Origin: Octopus sinensis
Taxonomy: Eukaryota
Direction: 5' to 3'
DNA length: 64,000 nt
NCBI RefSeq assembly: GCF_006345805.1
Contig: NW_021832123.1
Span: 182,140-246,139 of the forward strand
The position numbers and the translations under genes were made by a program. Position 1 is the first letter of the stretch. Every line of letters begins with the position of its first letter. Of the stretch, positions 1 to 11,000 are shown one piece after another. Under the pieces are notes generated by a model. That model saw only the letters and a list, made by a program, of their open reading frames with translations. It ran no database searches and was not told the DNA's origin.

Positions 1-136
1 TCTTTCTCATTTGTTTTCGAAATAAAATGAATTAAACATTAATGCAAATATCTTTTATTAATATAACTTCGTTGCGTAACACGATGAGATCTTATCTATC
101 TTTAAGCGCCTTGGAACGTGGTATATGAACAACAAC

Positions 137-192
137 AGAGGAAAGTGTAGGCCGAATAAAACCATAAGTGAACGTCTTTATTGCCTCTACAG
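137..192 (+). pseudogene. 56-bp orphan fragment of SRP68 coding sequence, inverted relative to the SRP68 copies
   Basis: agaggaaagtgtaggccgaataaaaccataagtgaacgtctttattgcctctacag matches the reverse complement of ~6779-6834 and ~45961-46016. Confidence 0.8.
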
Positions 193-1183
193 GGCGACTT
201 CTTATAAACATTGACTTTAGAGTAATGTATAAACTCAAAAAACACAAGAATACATTATTTGTTCAATCTCAGAGCGTTTCATAAGACCCCTTTTGTATAG
301 AACTACTTAAGTTGCGAGTTGCGTGTAATGTTCAAAATTCGTTTGTATTTTGTTTGACAGACTGCGATGTTCTATATTAAAAATACTGTTTGGGATAATT
401 TATAGATGATACAAATCCGTCTATAAATAAAAATACATCCTGCTTCTCTAATAGTGACAAGACTAATGCAAAATGAATAAGTTTTTTTCCATAACCCCTG
501 AATTGCACATCAGAATGGCAACCCAAGCACAAACAACAAACATAACTAGCTAATCAAATGCAAAGAGTTATTTGTACCGATCAACATACACCTCCAAATT
601 TTCTTACTTATATAGCAAATAAATTACCAGCTTTTAGTTAGAATAAGTTAATTTTAACCTCAATCCAATGTTTAAAGAAGTAGGTTCTTAATAAATGACA
701 ATGGCCTTATTTTGTACGGTTCGGTAGGGGCTCAAGTTAAGAAATATGACATCAATATCTGCAATTTAGTTATACATTGCCAAATTGAATGCTTTATCAT
801 ATTTATATATTTTTTGAAAATGTGAAAGTACTTAACATAAGTTTCTTTAATTTAATCGTTTTGTTGTTCGTGATTAAAAATTTCCACATTGAAATGATAA
901 TAATTTTCCATTTATATTTTTCTTTAAAACTTTGAACTTGAACTATTTTTTAACATCTAAATAAAGTTGACTTTGATAGTAATGAATATTTCATTCTCGA
1001 AGAGTCCATTAACTTTAGAAGATATAGGTAATATCAAGTTTGTGATTTTAGAAAAATAAAATGCAAAATGATAGTCGAATACTTTTAAAAAGCCGACATT
1101 CAAATTTACTTTTTTGAAACTGTTTGAAACATGTTTTAAATAATCGAATCACAAGAGAAAACATCAAGGAAAAACGTGATCAC

Positions 1184-2930
1184 TCAACTCGACTGAGAGG
1201 CGGCACACGACTGACCCGAACAAGTCCTCGGTCAGTCCTCATTTGTGCCTCCTTCCAAACTACGCCCAAGTCATCCCCAACTTTCATGTGACTCTTCAAT
1301 CCATCATACAAATCCTACCAAAATACGTGGAAGCACTTTTTTCTTAGCATTAAGTTGAACTTGATTTGTCTGAGGAGGAAATCCATCAAAATAAACGACA
1401 TCCCCCGCCTGTGACTGTTCAGGCACAATCAACGGCTCCACTCTGCCAACATCACCACAAACCAAACGTCTCCCTCTCCTCTGATTCATCCCTCCTTCCC
1501 TTAGCACACATAATCATCCCCTCAGACATAATCCCCCGCAAATTCGCCGGCTTCAAATTCACCAAAAACACAAAATTATTTCCCGACAATTCCTCTTCAG
1601 TGCACGAATTCACCAACGAAGAACAAATTGTGAGTATTCGGCCTCCCCCCACGTCTACCCTCTCCACAAATAACGAATCCGCGTTCTCGTGCTGCCACTT
1701 TGATTAAAAAACTAACTTTTTTGACGGAAATAATTTTCCCAACACGGAAATCGCAGACAGTGGGGTCAGAAACAACGGATTCAACGGTAGGGGTCACCAC
1801 ACGTGCTTTATTATCACCAGGATACGCCGAGGTGACAATCTTCTGCATTTTTGGCGACTCAAACGCCTTTAGAATTGGGGCAAGAAGATAATTTATTTCC
1901 CGTGAAAGTGCAGCCTTGACATCGGCAGGGTGAAGTTTAAGAGACAAAAAGTCCTCCTCAACCTGCTCGTAGGACAAGTACTCGACAGTCCCCAATTCAG
2001 GAGACTCAACAAAGAAGACTTTGACAGATTTAAAGTCGAGGATTGGAAACACGACCATTTTAAGAAATGCGAGGACTCCGTTGTCCTCGAGTGACCCCGG
2101 CATACAGAAAGCCTTCCTGATTTTATTTTGAACCACTTTGGGTGGGTCAAGAAAGTCAATTTTAGAATCAATGTCTGAAGCACTCATTTTGCCCCCCGTC
2201 AGTCCAGGAACTACAATGAGGGGGAAATAGTGACCCATTGGGTTCATCAAATGAGCTCTCTTGGCATACCCCAACTGTGGGAGGTACTTTTCCGCGAATG
2301 TAAAAATCTTTCTTTGATCGACTCCCCCGAACTGAGCATCCACTTTGAGATATTCTTCATCGAGTGCCTGAAGACAGGGATAAAGCAATCCCCCAAGGAG
2401 AGGATGGTCCACTTGTTTGACCACCTCACTTCCTGCCTTCCTGGCATCGTGTTGAGTCACCAAAGTGGTCATTTTAAACATATCAATCACATAGTTCCTA
2501 TTTGTAGTCAAAATTACTCGACCTGTCCAATTGGTAGTCAGTGCCCTTCACAAAAACAAGGTCGTCGGTGGGGATTCCCAACGAGGACATGACTGCGGAT
2601 ATCACCTCCCGGTAGTAATCCACTCGGTGGTTGACCAGGTCCCAACCGGCCTTCAGGTTATCGAGAACAGCGTGGAGATCTGCCAAGAGAATTGTGACTT
2701 GGCAGCCCGCTTTGAGGAGTTGTGCTATTTTTACTAGTGGCACAAAATAGCCAATGTGGGGTTTCCCTGTGGTGGCGGTTCCCCAGTACACTTTGAGAGG
2801 GCGATGGGAAATAATTTCTTTTATTTTCTCCTCTCCTAAGACTTCCTAGGAGTCTTTAATGTGATCTAACCTGCAGTCCTCGTGTTATTAAAGAATATTT
2901 CTCATCAACGTTTACAACCACACGTGACAT
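1184..2930 (-). CDS. YARS1: Cytosolic tyrosyl-tRNA synthetase with C-terminal EMAP-II-like domain, copy A (multi-exon, micro-introns)
   Basis: [14 protein letters not shown] (HIGH), [34 protein letters not shown] (KMSKS), EMAP-II motifs DFRVGKI and [18 protein letters not shown] 2930 and TGA 1184 after splicing 24-25 nt GT-AG introns. Confidence 0.96.
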
Positions 2931-4932
2931 TTAATTAATTAATGCTGTTGACAAAAAAATTACAATTTTAAATAAACATTCCCAACTTCATTCTCAAAAA
3001 AAATTGAACAAGTCAACAAACAATATATTCTCTCTGTACTAAATTACGCAAGTTTAAAGTGGGTTTTCTGTCTATCTACATGTTCCACTATAATACTTTG
3101 ATCAGTATAAAACAAGGCTATGAGCCTGAAATGAACACTCATCGACCATCTGGACTATTATGTGACATGGGCTGCGCGATACCTATGGGCCGCGTGATAC
3201 CTGACGTGACCTTGAAATGTGCAATTATGACATTGATGGGATTAAATTATAAATCTTTTAATTAGACCGCGACTCATTCTTATCATTTAATAATTTACTA
3301 AATTAGCTAAAGACTCTCTCATTTTGACAAAAAATTATATTTGTAGGAATTTAATTATCAGAAATTGATTTTTTGGTGGAAAACCTAAATTTCTTGAGTT
3401 ATTTCTAGCGTGCAAGTATATTTTGCAGCAATGTCCTCGTACAAAGGTTATGTAAAGAATAGTTTGGAATATCAAATTTTAAAAGATGCTTTACAGGATA
3501 AATTTCATGAACATCTTACAAAGCAAAAAAAATATAGACTAGTTAAGAAAATTGAAAATTTTACTGTAATTAATGAAAGGTATCATACAAATTGTAAATG
3601 TATAGATTGTATCTTAAATGTGAGAATTCAGATCACAAGCTAGTGATTTGTCTAGACAATGAACCCGAAATGGAAATCGTTGCTAAAAGTTTGCATGACT
3701 TCTCGCATGGAGGAGTTAACAAAATTGAATATGAATGTCGACAACGATATTTCACAGTTAAAAATGAGATTATTCGAAAAGTCATTCGAAACTGTGAAAT
3801 TTGTAAATTTGCGCGACCCTTAAAAGTTTTAACTTTTTTAAATCCTAGATTGGAGATATAAATAACCATGTCTTTGCACTTGCCCAAATGAAAGATTTCA
3901 GATAGATCTTATAGATCTGAAAAGTTTTTCTACTATAAATAAAAATTTTAAATGGATTTTAACGGTCATTGACGTATATAGCAGGTTAGTTTTTTCAACA
4001 ATTTTTATAGATTTGCATTTGCGAGGCCGCTCTACACTAAGTCCTCAAATGAAGTTTGTGAAAACCTCAGATCATTATTTTTCTTAAATGGTCCGTGTCA
4101 ATTTCTTCAGTCCGATAATGGGACTGAATTCAAGAATCGTGAAATGACCAATCTATGTGAGGAATTCAATATCAAACGAATTCACGGAAGGCCAAACAAT
4201 CCCCGCTCACAAGGGATTGTCGAACGCTTCAACCAGTCAATTACAAGAAAAATGGCAAAAATGATCGACAATGATAATAAAAAGTGCCTGAAAAAATTAG
4301 AAAATGCAGTGTACAGTTATAACATTTCTGTCCACTCATCTTCTAATGAGAGCTCTTTTGAAAGATACCGGGGAATAAGTGGAATAAATACAATATTTTA
4401 TGGTTGTAATTATAAAATTATTTCTTAGATAATTGAAGTAATGATTTGTTGAGTCCTGATCAAGTCGATGATGCAAACAATTGTCCGAGTCCAATTGAAA
4501 ATTCATGTAATTTGAATTTCTATATGTAGATGATTGTAATTATTCGTTTACAAGTCCGAAAAGATTTCAGTTCGAAATCAACCTCATTGATCCTAATTCT
4601 AATTATTACAAAGCGATGAACAGAAAAATGAATGTTTACAATAGTAAGTATGAATTTAGTGTTGGTGATAAAGTATGCATAAAAATTAATGTTTAGGTTC
4701 GAGTTAAAAAAGACTTTGGAACAAATCCTTCGTTGCGACTGGATAAGTTTGAATCTCCATATTATCCATCTGCAGAAATTATCAGTATTTTATCAAACAA
4801 TCGCGTTGAGGTAGTTTAAACATTTAAATTTAATAGATAAAAAATTCGATGAGCGAAATTTCGATTGTGCCAATGTCCAGACTTAAAAAATAATTAACAA
4901 GTTATTATTCTTTGAAGTTTAATATTAATTAC

Positions 4933-5527
4933 GAGTACGGTTTGCATCCCCTCGCTTGCCGGCGGAGTGCAGGTCGTGCCCCCCGTCACAGTGAACTCAA
5001 CTCAGTCATACAGAGAGCCCTCGCTTCAGCAGGCATCCCGTCAATCCTTGAACCTGTTGGATTGGATAGAGGGGATGGCAAACGCCCTGACGGCATGTCC
5101 ACCTTCCCCTACGAGCAGGGGAAATCCCTTATTTGGGATTCTACCTGCTCGGACACGTTCTCGCTGGGAAATCTCGCTCTGTCCGCCGCCAATCCTGGGC
5201 ACGCTTCCAGGCAGGCCGAGGAGCGAAAGATTCTCAAGTACGGCCACCTCTCCAACTCGCTGCTCTTTACTCCAATTTCCGTGGAGTCCTCCGGGATCTT
5301 CGGTCCCAAGACACTCCGCTTCCTTCGCTCGGTCGACGGATTACAAGGACTAGTCACGATCCAAGAGAGTTTTCTTGGCTTCTGGAACGTCTGTCGATTG
5401 CTGTGATCCGAGGGAACGGCTTCGCCATTCGCGAGGCTGGTCGGGTGTCTCGTGAGGCCTTTAATTAACTTAGCTATCTTTAATTTCTTTCTTGCTTTCA
5501 TAACAAAGATTTAATATTAAAAAAAAA
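4933..5527 (+). mobile_element. 5'-truncated CRE-clade (RLE) non-LTR retrotransposon
   Basis: HPLAC...RH zinc knuckle, KRPDG...WDSTC...ERKILKY...PISVESSG RLE endonuclease, LERLSIAVIRGN C-terminus, A-tail, TSD aatattaattac (4921-4932, 5528-5539). Absent from copy B. Confidence 0.82.
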
Positions 5528-5544
5528 AATATTAATTACAATAT

Positions 5545-5615
5545 CGTGAGGCCTTTAACTAACTTAGCTATCTGTAATTTTTGTCTTGTTTTATTTCCAA
5601 AAAAAAAAAAAAAAA
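5545..5615 (+). mobile_element. ~70-bp 3' end of a related CRE subfamily with poly(A) tail
   Basis: cgtgaggcctttaactaacttagctatct matches the 3' end of the neighbouring CRE but has a different distal UTR; ~A19 tail; TSD aattacaatat (5534-5544, 5616-5626). Absent from copy B. Confidence 0.72.
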
Positions 5616-5958
5616 AATTACAATATTGACATTAAGTTAAGCTTCAAGGTCACGTCAGGTATCACGCGGCCCATAGGTGTAACGCAAACCATGTCACATA
5701 TTATACTAATCTTCTTAGAACATCCAAATATAAAAAAAACACAATTCCTATTCGTTTCCCGTAAATCCACTGCTCTAAATGTGCTAAATAAAAAATGGTT
5801 GTTCACTGAAGAATACGCCTGAAAAGCAATACTCCTAACTCAAAATTAATGGCCGAACCAATTTCACATCCAATTAAAAGAATTCACGATTTTATTTAAA
5901 CGTCGACAATTCTAAGGTTGACACCTAACTCCATTCTCAATAAATTTCCACCGGATAT

Positions 5959-8016
5959 TCATCCCCTTAAATACTTGTTAACCGTTCGCTTCAGATTAAT
6001 CTTTCCTATTTCCGCTCTCGCAATTATCATTCACTACACTCACAAATCGAACAACTCGATCTCTCCTTTTTCAACCTTTGTCGTGTTGATGACCATTCGA
6101 CTGAGCACCTCAACCGGTGTCCCGGTTCACTTCCCTATAAAGTCCATTAGACGCAGTCGTTAGAGAGGATCTCATATCTTGATGTGTTATGCAACAACAA
6201 CATTAATCAATTGACTGTTACCAATTAAACAGACCACGCAATATTCCTTCCTTTCTTGGTCTAAACTCACACGGGTATTCCAGTCGTTGGAAAGCAATGT
6301 CAAAATACATTGGTTTCAGAGACATGTGCGTAGATTCTGAATATCCCAACAACACATTACTCACGGCCTGAGATTAGAACCCACAAATACCCGAATTTGT
6401 TCACTCATCGACACATCCCCCAACATACCACACATGACTTCCCTACTCCACTCCCGAACTTGAGAAAGGGACGATTCCAAGCACGTAATCCAAAAGTCCC
6501 AGTCACCTCCGTCATTCCTCAGCACTTGAATCACTCTCTCAATGCCACTGTCACGACAGTAATTCACTACTTGTCCATACTTCTTCTTCTGCATGAGACT
6601 CCTCACTTTGTTAAATGCCCTGTGGATGAGACATGGAGAAATCACCCGAGAGCACAGCAAATGGTCTGTTCGTGCTTCATCCTCTCAAAAAGACAGACAT
6701 CCTCCCTCAAAGACAACATCCTCATCAGTTTATCAATCCTCTACAATACTAGACCAGCCAGTACAGCTGAAACACGACTGTAGAGGCAATAAAGACGTTC
6801 ACTTATGGTTTTATTCGGCCTATACTTCCCTCTCCTGTATTCGTGGGTAGTCCCCTTCCCCTCCATTGAGCCGATTATCAGCCAATCTCGTTTATTCGAG
6901 TATATAAGCGTCCAATAATATACAAACACACACACTGCGTCACGTGGACTCACATCCCCCACAGACATGTCCAACAATTCCTCCATTTTCTACAAAAATC
7001 GACTCATTTTCAATTTACTGATATTTTTAGCCTCGGTCTCATTTTATCCAAAAATTTCCCCCCATTTATAACTAATTGCTGGTAGTTTGAAAATGTCTCC
7101 TCGTTTTTTTCCATCAAAATGAAATAACTCTCCAAAAACGCACGAAAATGCTCATTTTTGTTTATCTGAGAATCAATTTCGACTGGTCGACCAAACACAA
7201 ACACTTCTCTAACATGACCCTTACCCACATTTGCATCCTTCACTAAATTAGCACATGTACCAATTGGTCAATCCCCGACTCCTCCATTTGGACAGCCAAT
7301 TCTGCCTCAGCTGAATCCCTCTGACTGTAATGACAGATTTCCAGCTGATTATTAATCTCCTCCACCATCTGGGAATACTCCTCCCTGTGGGACGAATACC
7401 CTTACTACCCAACAGGCCATAAATCCGCCTAAATTACTAATAGTGCGGCTTAACTTTGATCTGTTGAATAAAATGGCAGCAGAAATCCACTCTTCGTTGT
7501 GAAATGAACAGGTTGCCTTCACCCACGTTCAATAGGCCTCAATTTCGTGGTTGGTTAAGGACTCGATGACCTCAATTCTCTCCTTTCGTACATTATTGAG
7601 AATATTGGCCAGAATAGAGGCTTTCCTGAGTCTTCTTTTGACGCGAAATCGACTTCTTGTATTTCCAGATGTTCGGAGGAGGGATAATGCCTGGGTTAGA
7701 CACCGTTCCACTAAAAAGACACACATTTCGAGATATCTAGTCCTCACCCTAATACGATTACCTCGAGTTGGTGAGATATTCAGCAGTGATTGGCCTTGGA
7801 ATAAAATTGTTTTTTGTCTTGCATTTTAAATTGAGTGATTTTCTGGCACGTTGAATGACACGTGTGCAGTGTGAACTATAACTTGAGTAGTCGCTGTACT
7901 GTAGTCCATATGTGTTCTGAGACCTTCTTACACTGTGGAGAACTATATATATTAAATAATCAAATACTTGGAAAGCAAACCAATTCGAACGAACTTTGAT
8001 CACCACCAGACTCCAT
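5959..8016 (-). pseudogene. SRP68: Signal recognition particle subunit SRP68, copy A; premature TGA at 7529-7531 and 1-bp deletion near 7395
   Basis: SQNTYGLQYSDYSSYSSHC, RYLEMCVFLVERCLTQA and RFRVKRRLRKA match the SRP68 N-terminus (QQQHGLRHGDFQRYRGYC, RYLLLVLMDAERAW, RFHLLSRLRKA). TAT TGA here vs TAT TGC in copy B. Confidence 0.85.
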
Positions 8017-8098
8017 ACACTCAAATATTTTATTTTTTATTCCATAACTAAACTATAAATAATAAAAAAATAATCAGGGAGTCTACTCCCAAAAAACA

Positions 8099-11000
8099 TT
8101 AAGAAAAAGGTAAATTATATTTAGCAGCACTACTCAATGGATACTGGTCTCTCTTGAGAACATGTAAAATATCCTTCAAAGTGATCCTCTTCGACCTCTA
8201 AAAATAAAATGGGAGACACACCATTTGATAGGAAGAGGCCTCCCCACCTCTGCTAGAAATCTCCCTTCTCCTCTGACCAAGAGCAGCCAAAGCCGTCTCA
8301 TTCGACTCCTTATTTCTGACCTGATCCTCATTCTCCTGTCTCCACTTTTTCACTTTTTTCTTCATCTCCAAATACTCCGGCTGAGAAAAACGTGCCTTGC
8401 ATTTGGATGCCTTGTTGAGACTCTCCATGGTGGACTCCTCCCTTCTCCGACTCTCCAACTCATTGTAGTCCTCAATATACCGCAACTGTGCCTTCACATC
8501 ATCCACCATCTCATATCGGGGGTCGTTCTACTCACTCAGTCCTCCCACCCAACCATATATTTCTCCGACCTATGTTCAGACACAGTGATGGCCTTCTCCA
8601 CCAACTGCCTCATAAAGCACTCCGTAGCCCTGCAAATCAACATGAGTGTCTCCATCGGTATTTCCTGAATGTTGTACTCCCCGGCTACACTCACTCACCC
8701 AACTAACCAATTGCTGTGAATCGTAGACAGAGGGCGTCCATCACTACTAGTAAGTCGTCCTTGTAGTGACTTAGGTGAGTGTCCTCACTCATTTCCACCA
8801 CTTCCTCAGTCGGGACCTCCCTCCTATCCTCATATCGACTCATAGGGGGTGTCTGCTTGACCAGGACGGGCACTTGTGGGGACATCATTCTCACAGGCAG
8901 TGGCTGATGTCTATATATATGTGGAGGAATAGGAATAGGAATAGGAAGTTTTATTGGAAACAGAGAAGGGTTAAAGGTTAGGGGGGAGTTTGTATAATGA
9001 AACAATAGGACTACCCTATCGACTTCTTCCCAGAAAAAAAAGAGACCCCCTCAAGTAAATTTTTTTTTTTTTTTTTTTTTTTTTTTCTTTTCTACCTCTG
9101 CAGGTACGTCCCAGTGACAATTGAGTTGGATTTATAACCACTTATAGCTTTTTCGACAGTTTCACCGACCATGGAGGATTTACTTTCAAGCCACAGGGGG
9201 ATTGGATCTTCAACTTTTTGGTGGTAAGCAAGCTTCAAAGCGAGCCTGCGAGACTTTTCAAATTTAGTTAAGATGGTGTCCTTCTTTTTAGAGAAGTACC
9301 ATCCCTCTTTTCCGTATAGTAGTCCCGGTAGGATCACCGTATTGAAAACGTAGAGGAAAGTATCAGGCTCCAAATTTAACTTCCTCAGGCAGAACAGAGC
9401 ATTAGTTGCTTTCCTTTTACTTAATTTTGCGTTTTCGAGATAGTTTCCCTTTTCATCGATGAACAAGCCAAGATATTTAATTGAGTTTTGTCGAGGTATG
9501 TTCTTGATCAGGCACGGTAAATTTATTAAATTTCTGCTTTCTGTGATTCTCAGTAATGCGGACTTCTCACGCGCAATAATGAACATATTTTCATCGCACC
9601 ATTGCTCCACTGTATTCATATATGATATAATCCTTTGTTCGGATAAGGCAGGTTTCGATGAAATGTCAAGGATTACAACATCATCGGCGTATATCAAAAT
9701 TTCCGTCCATGTGTTGACAGGAGACGGCAGATTGCTCATCACAATGTTGAATAATAGAGGACTGAGGACTGATCCTTGAGGGACGCCTCTTTAAGTTTCA
9801 GTTCATCCGAGTCATAGTTCAGAAAGCTTATCACAGAGCGCCTGTCGCGGAGGAAGTCTTTTAGCCATAGGAATAGTCCTTTGTCTATGTGACACTTCGC
9901 CAGATGTCTAAGGAGACCGAGGTGCCAACCATATCAAAGGCTTTTGAGATGTCTAGAGAACACAATTGTCAGACACTCTTTGAAATCCAGAGCCTTTACA
10001 ATCGACGAATGAGTGTATAAAGACAGTCAGCACAGGAACGACCCCTCCGAAAGCCCCACTGCACGTCTTTGAGATAACCATTTCTCTCGACGTGTTCAGA
10101 GAGTCGTTCAAACATTACCCTTTCCATTATTCGACTGATGGTAGGAATTAGGCTTATAGGCCTATAACTTGTCGCCAAGTAACCAGGTTTTCCAGGCTTC
10201 CGTATCATCCTTACCTCCGTCAGTTTCCATGAAGAAGGGACGTATCCCAAGCTCACACTGCGGGAGAAGAGACATCCCAAATATTCGTAAAGTTGCTTGG
10301 GAGCTTCTTTGAACATGCGCATGGTTATCTTGTCCTTTCCCGGAGCGTTATTTTGGAGTATCTAACTGCATTTTCCACGTCTTTGCACGTTATAGATTCC
10401 GAGCACATTGGTAATGAGCTAAGATTGTCTTCCAACTCTTTTTCCATATCAAACAAAGCTGAATCAGATAGATTTGTATCCGGATTGACTTCTTGTATTC
10501 TTTTGAGACTATCAGCAAATATGTTCGGGATTTCTTCATGAGATGCAGGGGATCCATCTTGTTTTAGCAGTTTAGGTATAGTTTTCTCAGACGTCGAGGT
10601 TAATTTCGAGTAGACCTTCCAAAAATTTGGACTTCCTTTATGTAGCTTTTTGCACTCAGTATTCCATTTTTTATCCTTCGCCACCTTCGCCGATTTCTTA
10701 TTTCTTCCGTAATGGTGAAGATTTCACTTTCCAAAACGGACCGGTCACGAAAATCTGCGCAGCGCCGGAGTTTGTTCCTTAGACATTGTTTTTTCCTTAG
10801 TAGGATTTCAACATTCATGTTTGGCATGTGAGTTTTCCTATTGTTTGAGACGATTTTTGTAGAATATGTTTCCAGATAAGACTTTATGTATCCAATAAGG
10901 GAATTGCTAGACTTCTCGAGGTCCTCAGATGAAGAATTTTCGTCAAGTTTAGGAGCGAAATTGCTCAGATAAAGTGTAAAACATTTTCGGTAGTGTTCCC

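Larger units (their letters stand above)
3161..5698 (+). mobile_element. Ginger2/TDD-like DNA transposon (Gypsy-type integrase with TIRs), copy A, decayed; hosts two CRE insertions
   Basis: Imperfect ~58-bp TIRs TGTGACATGG...CCATGTCACA, 5-bp TSD tatta (3156-3160, 5699-5703). Integrase has an H2C2 finger (HDFSH...CEIC) and a DDE core (VIDVYSR, QSDNGTEF, GIVERFN), with micro-introns and frameshifts. Confidence 0.87.

Noticed and set aside
1366-2737. Plus-strand ORFs overlapping YARS1 (and similar antisense ORFs over SRP68, TAF4 and the LINE)
   Set aside because: Shadow ORFs of GC-richer coding sequence on the opposite strand.
3161-5698. LTR retrotransposon (Gypsy) because of the integrase
   Set aside because: Ends are inverted rather than direct repeats, there is no gag, RT or RNase H, and the integrase contains introns.
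2960-5900. Plus-strand gene divergent from YARS1 and interrupted by the Ginger
   Set aside because: The reconstructed empty site gives only short open frames with no recognisable product.
8703-9005. LINE 3' end supplying a new start codon fused in frame to TAF4
   Set aside because: The ORF-track start at 9005 is TTG, not ATG; there is no evidence of use.
9059-9104. Strong splice acceptor (poly-T...ctgcag) inside the LINE
   Set aside because: It is on the plus strand, antisense to both TAF4 and the LINE; it is simply the internal A-run.
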